Source of the DNA: an uncultured Pseudohongiella sp.
Lineage (GTDB): Bacteria > Pseudomonadota > Gammaproteobacteria > Pseudomonadales > Pseudohongiellaceae
Assembly: GCA_965267495.1 (NCBI GenBank)
Contig: OZ254078.1
Span: forward strand, 2,766,145 to 2,830,144
Direction of reading: 5' to 3'
Length of the DNA stretch: 64,000 bases
Within the stretch, counting starts at the first letter, position 1. Each line of letters opens with the position of its first letter. A model generated the notes under the pieces. It saw nothing but the letters and a program-made list of their open reading frames with translations. It made no database searches and was not told the DNA's origin. Below, piece by piece: positions 8,904-16,360 of the stretch. The translations under genes were made by a program, and so were the position numbers.

Positions 8904-10457
8904 TTACTCCAGGATAAGTGCGGCCACTGAGAAGTTGGCATTGCACTCGACACTACTAATGTTTTGCACGAAAGGCTTATAGTCAAAAAGTTGATCTGGA
9001 AGCTGATCGATAAAATTTTGCGCAATACTCAAGCCCGGGAAGGTGCCATGTTTAATTGTCCAATAGCTCTCTCCGTTCACTACAGACATGCACATGTAGG
9101 AATCATTGAGCAGATCATGACTCTGCAACTCCGCCAGGAAACCTTCTGCGAAGTCCATATTGTCGGTCTCTCCGGACATGAACTGCACGGTGTAGCCATT
9201 TCGGTCGACATTGTTTAGCCAGTCTATAGACGCCACGATTCGACCCGGCGCAAGCCGGTCTGATGTTAACGATTGCGGCACTCCCTCAGGCCGGGTTTCA
9301 GGAACAAGCGCTATTGGCTCTACATCTGCTTCCGGTTGCTGCTCCTCGAATTGGACAGGCGGTTCAGGCTCAGCTTCGAGCTGAATTTCGGCTATCTCCA
9401 ATGCCGGTACTGGTTGGGCAGTGTCGGTAGGCAGAGAAATTTGCCGCAGTGAAGCCACTGGCACGTCAGTTGCCAATACAGCTTGTTCCAACCGTCTGGC
9501 TTCGCCTGTACTCAGGGGCCAGAACAAGATGGAGAGCACCGCGAAAACGACGACTGCGCTGCCAGCAAAGAGTCGCAACGGAGAAAACAAGGTTTTCATG
9601 GCAAATGAGGAATACTCGCTATCTCGAATAGCTGCGACTACATGTCGCCAGCTGACAACCGGCGGTACGTCCGGGCTGAGGTTTTCTGGCGATTCCAGAA
9701 CATTGTCGGCAAAGGCGGCAAGTAATGCCTTGTCTGCCAGAATGTTGATGCGGCGAGTCAGCCCACCAGAAGCTTTGGCAATAAGCTTTTCGGCACCGTC
9801 AGTGAACAAATTGGGACAGGGACAACCAGCTGCTCCCAATCGAAATCGAATATAGTCGCCAACCTGTTCGCCTTTCAGCGGACTCAGATAAAAACTATGT
9901 GTTATGCGCTCCCGCAACTGGCGAATGTGTTTGGCACTGAGATTCTTGTCCAGTTCCGGTTGACCGAACAGAATGATCTGCATCAGTTTGTCACGATGGG
10001 TTTCCAGATTGCTGAACAGGCGAATCTCTTCGAGAGTTTCCAGGGGCATACCCTGTGCTTCTTCGATAATAACCAGCACCTTTCGATTCGCAGCATGTTG
10101 TTTCAGCAAGTAGTTTTGTAGCTGCTGCATCACCAACAGTTTCGTGGTGTCGCGACGGATGGGCAATTTCAGCTCGAAGGCAATGGCGTAGAGAATATCC
10201 TCGGCACTGAGATTTGGATTTGCCAGATAGACAACCTCGATGCTATCCGGGAGCCTTTCCTCCAGCATGCGACACAACATGGTCTTGCCGCTTCCCACTT
10301 CTCCAACGACCTTCAGGATGCCTTCGCCAGTCTCGATAGCGTACAACATGGCATCCAGCACCACGCCCCGGCCGTCGGAGCCACCGGAATAGAACAGGGA
10401 AGTATCTGGGGTGATGCGGAACGGATGTCGCGTCAGGGAGAAATAATCCAGATACAT
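8904..10457 (-). CDS. ExeA/GspA/MshM-like AAA ATPase fused through a TM segment to a C-terminal SPOR-like peptidoglycan-binding domain
   Basis: The N-terminus MYLDYFSLTRHPF plus Walker A GEVGSGKT and Walker B VLVIIEEAQ are typical of ExeA/MshM. A TM helix follows (FAGSAVVVFAVLSILFWPL). The C-terminal ~80 aa (GYTVQFMSGETDNMDFAEGFLAEL...YWTIKHGTFPGLSIAQNFIDQL) resemble a SPOR domain. Confidence 0.8.
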   Translation of the reverse strand: MYLDYFSLTRHPFRITPDTSLFYSGGSDGRGVVLDAMLYAIETGEGILKVVGEVGSGKTMLCRMLEERLPDSIEVVYLANPNLSAEDILYAIAFELKLPIRRDTTKLLVMQQLQNYLLKQHAANRKVLVIIEEAQGMPLETLEEIRLFSNLETHRDKLMQIILFGQPELDKNLSAKHIRQLRERITHSFYLSPLKGEQVGDYIRFRLGAAGCPCPNLFTDGAEKLIAKASGGLTRRINILADKALLAAFADNVLESPENLSPDVPPVVSWRHVVAAIRDSEYSSFAMKTLFSPLRLFAGSAVVVFAVLSILFWPLSTGEARRLEQAVLATDVPVASLRQISLPTDTAQPVPALEIAEIQLEAEPEPPVQFEEQQPEADVEPIALVPETRPEGVPQSLTSDRLAPGRIVASIDWLNNVDRNGYTVQFMSGETDNMDFAEGFLAELQSHDLLNDSYMCMSVVNGESYWTIKHGTFPGLSIAQNFIDQLPDQLFDYKPFVQNISSVECNANFSVAALILE

Positions 10458-10631
10458 TGATGCGCCCTTATTGTGATCAACTTCTTCAAATTTTATTGAG
10501 CCAGCAGGAAGGCCTGGGAATGCCCAGTTCTTCTACTTAGCATATCGGTCTAAGGGCTTGAAAATTGACGATTTTGAGGAAGTTTTTTGAAGATTTTCCT
10601 GGACCAGTTAAGGCATTGAAAATTGCCCTGA

Positions 10632-11294
10632 TCAGGAATCGATTTTCTCCCCCAATTCGAAATCGGGGAGCTCTTCATCTTCCTCTTTTGCACCGGCGAC
10701 CCAGGCCTGGATAGCCCGGTTTTCGACCAGCGTTTCCAGGTAGCGCATGGCGTCGGAATCGAGGCTGATTCCATAGGTTCTAAAGCGCAGGGCGATGGGA
10801 GCGAAAAATGCATCTGCCATCGAAAAACTGCCGAAAAGATAAGGACCTACGACACTATTCGCCTCTCTGGCTTCCGCCCACAGCGCCTCTATGCGAGCAA
10901 TTTCACCCTTGAGTTCAGGGCCAATTTCCACCCGACGGCGGGAGCGGCAATTCATGGGCAACTGATTACGAATCAGGGGAAAACCACTGTGCATTTCAGC
11001 ACAGTAGGCTCGACATTGAGCACGCTGAAACAGAGATTCAGGTAAAGCCCGGCCCTGAAGAAGCTTTTCACAAATGTATTCGCTAATAGCGAGGGAATCC
11101 CAAACAGTGAGATTGCCATCGACCAACACGGGCACCTTCAAGTTTGGGGAGTATTCAGCCAGGCGCTCTTGATAACCTTCGGTGAACAAGGGAATCCGTA
11201 TCTCCTCAAATTCCACGCCAAAGTGCATCATCAGCACCCAGGGGCGCATGGACCAGGAAGAATAGTTCTTGTTTCCGATCACCAGTTTGAGCAT
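10632..11294 (-). CDS. Glutathione S-transferase family protein
   Basis: The N-terminus (M)LKLVIGNKNYSSWSMRPW has a thioredoxin-like GST fold signature, and the C-terminal part is an alpha-helical domain. The ATG at 11294 is preferred over the TTG at 11297. Confidence 0.75.
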   Translation of the reverse strand: MLKLVIGNKNYSSWSMRPWVLMMHFGVEFEEIRIPLFTEGYQERLAEYSPNLKVPVLVDGNLTVWDSLAISEYICEKLLQGRALPESLFQRAQCRAYCAEMHSGFPLIRNQLPMNCRSRRRVEIGPELKGEIARIEALWAEAREANSVVGPYLFGSFSMADAFFAPIALRFRTYGISLDSDAMRYLETLVENRAIQAWVAGAKEEDEELPDFELGEKIDS

Positions 11295-11374
11295 CAAAAC
11301 AGCCTTTGCTTGTTTGCTTCTCGAAAGCTATGGGACTATAGCTAAGCTACTAGTTTGAGAAAAGGAGTTTTCAA

Positions 11375-12286
11375 TTGTCCCAGGCCCGTTTCACTGGCGT
11401 TCTCGCGCCTGTCATTACGCCTTTCACTGCAGATCTGACTCCGGATGCGAGGCTGTTGGGCAAGCATTGTCGCTGGTTAGTTTCCCAGGGCGCCGGCCTG
11501 GCGGTTTTCGGCACCAACAGCGAAGCGAATTCTCTTTCGGTGAAGGAAAAAAGACAGCTCATGGAAGCGCTCTGTGCAGATGACATCGATCCTGGCCGGA
11601 TGATGCCAGGCACTGGTGCCTGCGCCCTGACGGATGCCATCGAACTCACCACTCACGCAGCGTCCCTCGGCTGTAAGGGGGTGCTGATGTTGCCCCCTTT
11701 CTACTACAAGGGAGTGTCCGATGACGGTCTGTATGCGTTCTTCGCTGAGCTTATTGAGCGAGTGGGAGAGCAGACATTACAAATTTATCTTTACCATATC
11801 CCACCGATTTCACAGGTTTCAATCGGCCCTGCACTCATTGAGCGACTGGCGAAAAACTATCCAGACAATATCGCCGGCATTAAAGATAGCTCCGGCGACT
11901 GGAATAATACCCTGCTGCTAAATCAGTTGGGCATCGATGACTTTCGGGTGTTTTGTGGCTCAGAGTCATTTCTGCTGCAAAACATGCAGCACGGAGGAGC
12001 TGGTTGTATCTCGGCAACCGCCAATGTGAATCCCGCTGCAATAGTGGATCTGTATAAAAACTGGCAAGGGGAAAATGCCTCTCAGAAACAGCAGGAACTC
12101 AACCAGATCAGAGCCATATTCCAGTCCTTCCCGATGATCTCAGCGCTCAAGTCTGCTACTGCCGATTACAGCAAAGAGCCAGCCTGGCGGCAGCTGCGTC
12201 CTCCCCTGGTTTCCCTGACCGATTCCGAGCAGCAGGACCTGCTCCAGCAGCTGACTGCTGCAGGCTTTCAAATGCCTGATATTTAA
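11375..12286 (+). CDS. Dihydrodipicolinate synthase / N-acetylneuraminate lyase family (class I aldolase) protein
   Basis: 303-aa ORF with the family N-terminus GVLAPVITPF and GTNSEANSLS. It starts at TTG, with GGAG 7 nt upstream. Confidence 0.75.
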   Translation: MSQARFTGVLAPVITPFTADLTPDARLLGKHCRWLVSQGAGLAVFGTNSEANSLSVKEKRQLMEALCADDIDPGRMMPGTGACALTDAIELTTHAASLGCKGVLMLPPFYYKGVSDDGLYAFFAELIERVGEQTLQIYLYHIPPISQVSIGPALIERLAKNYPDNIAGIKDSSGDWNNTLLLNQLGIDDFRVFCGSESFLLQNMQHGGAGCISATANVNPAAIVDLYKNWQGENASQKQQELNQIRAIFQSFPMISALKSATADYSKEPAWRQLRPPLVSLTDSEQQDLLQQLTAAGFQMPDI

Positions 12287-12381
12287 GGGTTTTTAACTGC
12301 AGAGTTGAACCCCACAGCTGTAAAACTTGGTTACTTTTTCAGCGTAGACAAAGCCGGGTCCATCAGTTAGCCTCAAAGTGG

Positions 12382-12405
12382 TACGGGATTGCCCGTGGGG
12401 TTTTG
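12382..12405 (+). terminator. Weak terminator-like hairpin after the DapA-family gene
   Basis: ACGGG-ATTG-CCCGT stem-loop followed by GGGGTTTTGTATTT. Confidence 0.3.
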
Positions 12406-12501
12406 TATTTCTCTGATTTCATTGAATAAATTCACAGAGAAAGACGCCCACAGACTCCTGCACAGCGAAACTGAATTCAATTCTTCTCAGTGAGGCGCAA
12501 A

Positions 12502-14520
12502 ATGACAATAAGACTAAATATCCTGCAACGTCTCAGATCCGCCCTAATCGGCGCCTTGGTCTTTGCTTTTTCAGGAAGCTTGCTGGCACAAGACTCCATT
12601 GAGTGGTTCAGCCTTGGCAATGACCTGGGCAACACTCGTTTCACTCCTGCCAGTGAAATTACTTTTGATAACTTCGATGAACTGGAAGTCGCCTGGGAAT
12701 GGGATGGCGCCAGTATGGGTGCGGTCAGTGGCCGATCTACACCGAGCTACATCAACGGCACCTTGTATACCGTAGCCGGACCTCGCCGCCACGTCGTGGC
12801 CATCGATCCCAAGACCGGAGAGACTATCTGGAGCTATCGCCTGCCAAACACCGGCCGCTGGGAATACTCCATGCGTGCCGATTATGGAAAAGGTGTTACC
12901 TATTCTGAAGTAGATGGTCGTGGCGTAATCTATGTGATCACACCTGGCTTCTTCCTGGTTGCCCTGGATGCCAAGACCGGTGAGCCGCTGGATGGTTTCG
13001 GCGCGCCCGTCCCTGTCGATGGTTTCCCGGAAAGTGGCGTGGTAGACCTGCTGGCTGATCTCGGTCACCCCTATGATCCTTATGAAGGTGTGCCACTTGA
13101 AGTGGGCTACATCACCGCTTCATCTCCACCGGTAGTGGTTAATGACACAATCATCGTTGGCAATTCTGCTGAACAGGGTTATCACCAGTCTCGCATCGAG
13201 ATGATTCCTGGCGACATTCTCGCTTATGACAAGTCCACAGGGGACTTCAAGTGGAAGTTCAATGTGATTCCCCGTCCAGGTGAATATGGCCATGAAACCT
13301 GGGAAAACGATGCCTGGGAATGGACCGGAGATGTCTCATCATGGGCACCGATCTCTGCCGACCTGGAAGCTGGCATCGTCTACATTCCAACTAACGGTGC
13401 AACAATCGATTACTACGGTGGTTTCCGTCCTGGCGACAATCTGTACGGCACCAGCCTGATAGCACTCGATGCGGAAACCGGCTCGAGGGTGTGGCACTTC
13501 CAGATGGTCCACCATGATATCTGGAACTATGACAATCCCATGGCTCCGGTACTGCTGGACCTGGATGTACCAGGACAGGGGCAAATACCTGCAGTCATGC
13601 AGGCCACGAAGCAGAGCTTTGTGTATGCGTTTAACCGACTGACTGGTGAACCTATCTGGCCGATCGAAGAACGACCGGTTCCCCAATCCACGGTACCCGG
13701 CGAAGTGCTGTCTCCTACTCAGCCTTTCCCCACCAGACCTGCCCCCTTCGATATCCAGGGTGTGAGCATTGATGACCTGGTGGACTGGACTCCTGAGTTG
13801 CGTCAGCAGGCTATCACAGCCTACGCGGACTACCAGATGGGCCCATTGTTCAACCCCCCTATTCAGCGCGGACATGAGTCAGGCAAACGTGCAGCCATGT
13901 TCTGCCCAGGCGGCGGTGGTGGTGCCAACATCACTTCACCTTCAGTAGCGGATCCCACTACTAATATTCTGTATGTGTCTTCACATACTGCCTGTAGTGC
14001 AGTTCAGCTGGTACCCGGTGAAGAAGCAGACCTGCAATATGAACTGCCAACTGGCGTGACTTATGCGCAGTATGCCAATGGTCCGGGTGCAGGTGCTCCT
14101 CGCCACCCAGCCGGCATTCCGCTCTACAAGCCACCCTATAGCCGAATCACGGCGATCAACATGAACACCGGTGAGCACGAATGGATGATCCCAACAGGTG
14201 AAACTCCAGCGCGCGTGCAACGTGTGATTGATGATATGGGTCTGGATGTGCCCAACACTGGTACCGGCGCACTGGTACCCATGGTGGTAACACCTAACAT
14301 GCTGGTGTATTCAGATACTGCAACTGACGGCACACCGATGCTGTATGCCATCAACAAGGCAACCGGTGAAACTGAAGCGTCAATCGAAGTTCCAGCACGC
14401 AACCGCTATGGTATGAGCAGCTGGGTCCATGATGGACACCAATACATCATGCTGCAAACAGGCTCCAAGCTGACCGCGATGGCCCTGCCAGCGGCACAAG
14501 CGGAAGCTGGCGCGCACTAG
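12502..14520 (+). CDS. PQQ-dependent (quinoprotein) dehydrogenase, secreted
   Basis: Eight-bladed beta-propeller-type sequence with repeated W/G motifs typical of quinoprotein dehydrogenases. Signal peptide MTIRLNILQRLRSALIGALVFAFSGSLLAQD. The ATG at 12502 has GAGG 6 nt upstream; a GTG at 12490 is an alternative start. Confidence 0.75.
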   Translation: MTIRLNILQRLRSALIGALVFAFSGSLLAQDSIEWFSLGNDLGNTRFTPASEITFDNFDELEVAWEWDGASMGAVSGRSTPSYINGTLYTVAGPRRHVVAIDPKTGETIWSYRLPNTGRWEYSMRADYGKGVTYSEVDGRGVIYVITPGFFLVALDAKTGEPLDGFGAPVPVDGFPESGVVDLLADLGHPYDPYEGVPLEVGYITASSPPVVVNDTIIVGNSAEQGYHQSRIEMIPGDILAYDKSTGDFKWKFNVIPRPGEYGHETWENDAWEWTGDVSSWAPISADLEAGIVYIPTNGATIDYYGGFRPGDNLYGTSLIALDAETGSRVWHFQMVHHDIWNYDNPMAPVLLDLDVPGQGQIPAVMQATKQSFVYAFNRLTGEPIWPIEERPVPQSTVPGEVLSPTQPFPTRPAPFDIQGVSIDDLVDWTPELRQQAITAYADYQMGPLFNPPIQRGHESGKRAAMFCPGGGGGANITSPSVADPTTNILYVSSHTACSAVQLVPGEEADLQYELPTGVTYAQYANGPGAGAPRHPAGIPLYKPPYSRITAINMNTGEHEWMIPTGETPARVQRVIDDMGLDVPNTGTGALVPMVVTPNMLVYSDTATDGTPMLYAINKATGETEASIEVPARNRYGMSSWVHDGHQYIMLQTGSKLTAMALPAAQAEAGAH

Positions 14521-14540
14521 CTACAAGCTTAGAGCAAACA

Positions 14541-14576
14541 AAAAACCCGACCAGTTCATTTGGTCGGGTTTTTTTA
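14541..14576 (+). terminator. Rho-independent terminator between convergent genes
   Basis: AAAAACCCGACC-agttcattt-GGTCGGGTTTTTTT: a GC-rich stem flanked by an A-run and a T-run. Confidence 0.75.
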
Positions 14577-14612
14577 TGCCCAATCATTAAAGGGGACTAC
14601 GATCTTGCTAAC

Positions 14613-15125
14613 TCAGACTGGCCGACAAAACCTCATTTCTTCAATTGCCTTGTGAGATTCCTCAAGAAAAGTGCGCCGGTTACCATCGCTCTCAAAATTC
14701 AAAGATTGATAAAATTCTTTACCGCTGACGTTTGATTCGATCTCCCAGTAGACCATTTCAATGAAATCCGCATCCCCTGCTTCCTTCAACATCCGCTGAA
14801 AAAGCGCATGACCGATTCCCTGCCCCCAATAGGCCTGAAGAACAAAAACACCTATAAGTTCTGCAGAATGCGCTGCTGACAATCCGTCATTGTTTGGCTG
14901 CATCGTGGCAAATCCAACCAGTTCACCATCAATGCGAGCCAACACTGTGCAAACATGGGAACGACTAATCCATCCCCTCCAGGCTTCAACTCTGCGCTCA
15001 CTCACCGGGATATCAATATATTGACCTGGAATATGACTTGCGTAGTCAATTCTCACACACTGATTGTGCGCAACAGCAATCTCCGACGCATCACCTGCAT
15101 GGGCGGTATGAAAAGTGAGATCCAC
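14613..15125 (-). CDS. GNAT-family N-acetyltransferase
   Basis: 170-aa ORF with an acetyl-CoA-binding-like motif QAYWGQGIGHALFQRM. It starts at GTG. Confidence 0.7.
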   Translation of the reverse strand: MDLTFHTAHAGDASEIAVAHNQCVRIDYASHIPGQYIDIPVSERRVEAWRGWISRSHVCTVLARIDGELVGFATMQPNNDGLSAAHSAELIGVFVLQAYWGQGIGHALFQRMLKEAGDADFIEMVYWEIESNVSGKEFYQSLNFESDGNRRTFLEESHKAIEEMRFCRPV

Positions 15126-15142
15126 TGGATGTCCAATTCCGT

Positions 15143-16102
15143 TTAGGGTTCAGGGCTGAATTCTTCCTGCACTTCCAAAGTTCGCCAACCTGCCATGATG
15201 CCAGCCATTGAGTAATTGCCTTCGTGGCAGGCATATTCGTAAATCGGTTCCTGCGCTGAAACCATGGTGAACATTACAGTCCAGGGCTCAGTCCAGGTGC
15301 CTGGATCCTCGATCGTGAATTCATAGCCAATCGTGTTGTCATCAATGCGCCAGAATTTTTCGGTGAGCCGCATGTTCTCACTGGAATTACCAAAAGACGT
15401 TGCGCCAGCAAAATTACGTGTCTCCACGATTAGTTTGTCATCCTGCCAGTAGCCTATTGAGTCACCTTCCCACTTACGCGGCGCAGCTCGATGCTCGGTA
15501 TCATCCATCCGCACAATGCGTGCGTTGTGCACCATCTCATTGTGAATAATGAAATGATCTTCGGTTTGCACCAATTGCACATTATTATTGTACGCACTCG
15601 GTATCATGGGAGGCCCTGAGTTAAATCCCATGATGCATCGTTCAGACAAGGGGCGAACCTCAATACCTTCATTCAAGCTGGCCAGTCGACGCCGTTCCGC
15701 ATTCCGCGCTTGCGCAGCTTCGGTCAGAGACGGTATGCGGCCGTTTTCCGGAGAAATGATTAAGGAAGTTCTGACGTCACCATCGAGCTGCTTTCCTCTG
15801 TCATACCAGAAGTCGTTGTAGTCACCAGTTTGTGTGGTATCGGTGAAATTATCCCGATTGCGTAATTCAACCTGCGCTGCTTCAAATTCCGCTGCCTGTG
15901 CTGGCGTCAGGGTCGCCTGGTTGCCAAGTTCAACAGGGCGTTGCAGTGGTGTGATAGTGCGGAAATCCCAGGTGCCTTGCAGATCGGGGAGCCCATTGCT
16001 GAGTCGGGGGATTTCAGTTTGTTGCGCCGTTACAGCTGAGGCAAGCATTACCAGGACAACTAATGCGCCAAACGGCCATGTTCTAATGCTGATTCTGGCC
16101 AT
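15143..16102 (-). CDS. Secreted conserved hypothetical protein
   Basis: Start at ATG 16102 with GAGGAG upstream. Signal peptide MARISIRTWPFGALVVLVMLASAVTAQQ. I recognise no catalytic motif. A YEYACHEGNY motif lies near the C-terminus. Confidence 0.6.
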   Translation of the reverse strand: MARISIRTWPFGALVVLVMLASAVTAQQTEIPRLSNGLPDLQGTWDFRTITPLQRPVELGNQATLTPAQAAEFEAAQVELRNRDNFTDTTQTGDYNDFWYDRGKQLDGDVRTSLIISPENGRIPSLTEAAQARNAERRRLASLNEGIEVRPLSERCIMGFNSGPPMIPSAYNNNVQLVQTEDHFIIHNEMVHNARIVRMDDTEHRAAPRKWEGDSIGYWQDDKLIVETRNFAGATSFGNSSENMRLTEKFWRIDDNTIGYEFTIEDPGTWTEPWTVMFTMVSAQEPIYEYACHEGNYSMAGIMAGWRTLEVQEEFSPEP

Positions 16103-16235
16103 CTTCTTCTCCTCAGATTGAGAAAGAATAGGCCTCAAGATTACGCCCGCAGGAGCCATAAATCCAGTTCCTGACACTGGATTTAAGAACCGAAGACCAG
16201 GCTCAGGCGACAGCTTATCGAAGGGACAATCTTAA

Positions 16236-16355
16236 GTAGCGAGCGAGAGGATGCAGGACGAGGCAAAAGCGTTTTTTGAGTCAGGAGTTTACTGACAGTA
16301 ATTGACTGGCTCGAGAAACGCTTTTAACGAAGTCATGCGTTCTCGTAGCCGCTAC
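16236..16355. repeat. ~120-bp imperfect palindrome in the intergenic region downstream of the orphan ATPase
   Basis: The outer arms are GTAGCGAGCGAGAGG... and ...CTCGTAGCCGCTAC. The inner perfect 10-bp arms are AAAAGCGTTT (16265-16274) and AAACGCTTTT (16316-16325). Nested short palindromes lie in the centre. Confidence 0.5.
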
Positions 16356-16360
16356 GTCAA

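Noticed and set aside
8900-9025. N-terminal ORF extensions in the track: secretin to 9025, rpsN to 28921, rplC to 35064, rplN to 30211, rpoC to 52055, secE to 59860, and the hypotheticals to 16177, 42145 and 43133
   Set aside because: In each case an internal ATG reproduces the conserved N-terminus or a proper signal peptide, has an RBS, and avoids overlapping the upstream gene or spacer. The extensions are non-conserved read-through of upstream sequence.
10550-10813. 87-aa minus-strand ORF overlapping the 3' end of the GST gene and the pilus operon upstream region
   Set aside because: It is out of frame with the GST gene and overlaps it, and it has no motif or RBS. The region is better explained as the GST 3' end plus a promoter region.
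14613-16102. The GNAT gene plus its neighbour as a possible GNAT-type toxin-antitoxin pair
   Set aside because: The neighbour is a 319-aa exported protein rather than a small DNA-binding antitoxin. The GNAT protein has ordinary acetyltransferase features and no partner ORF.
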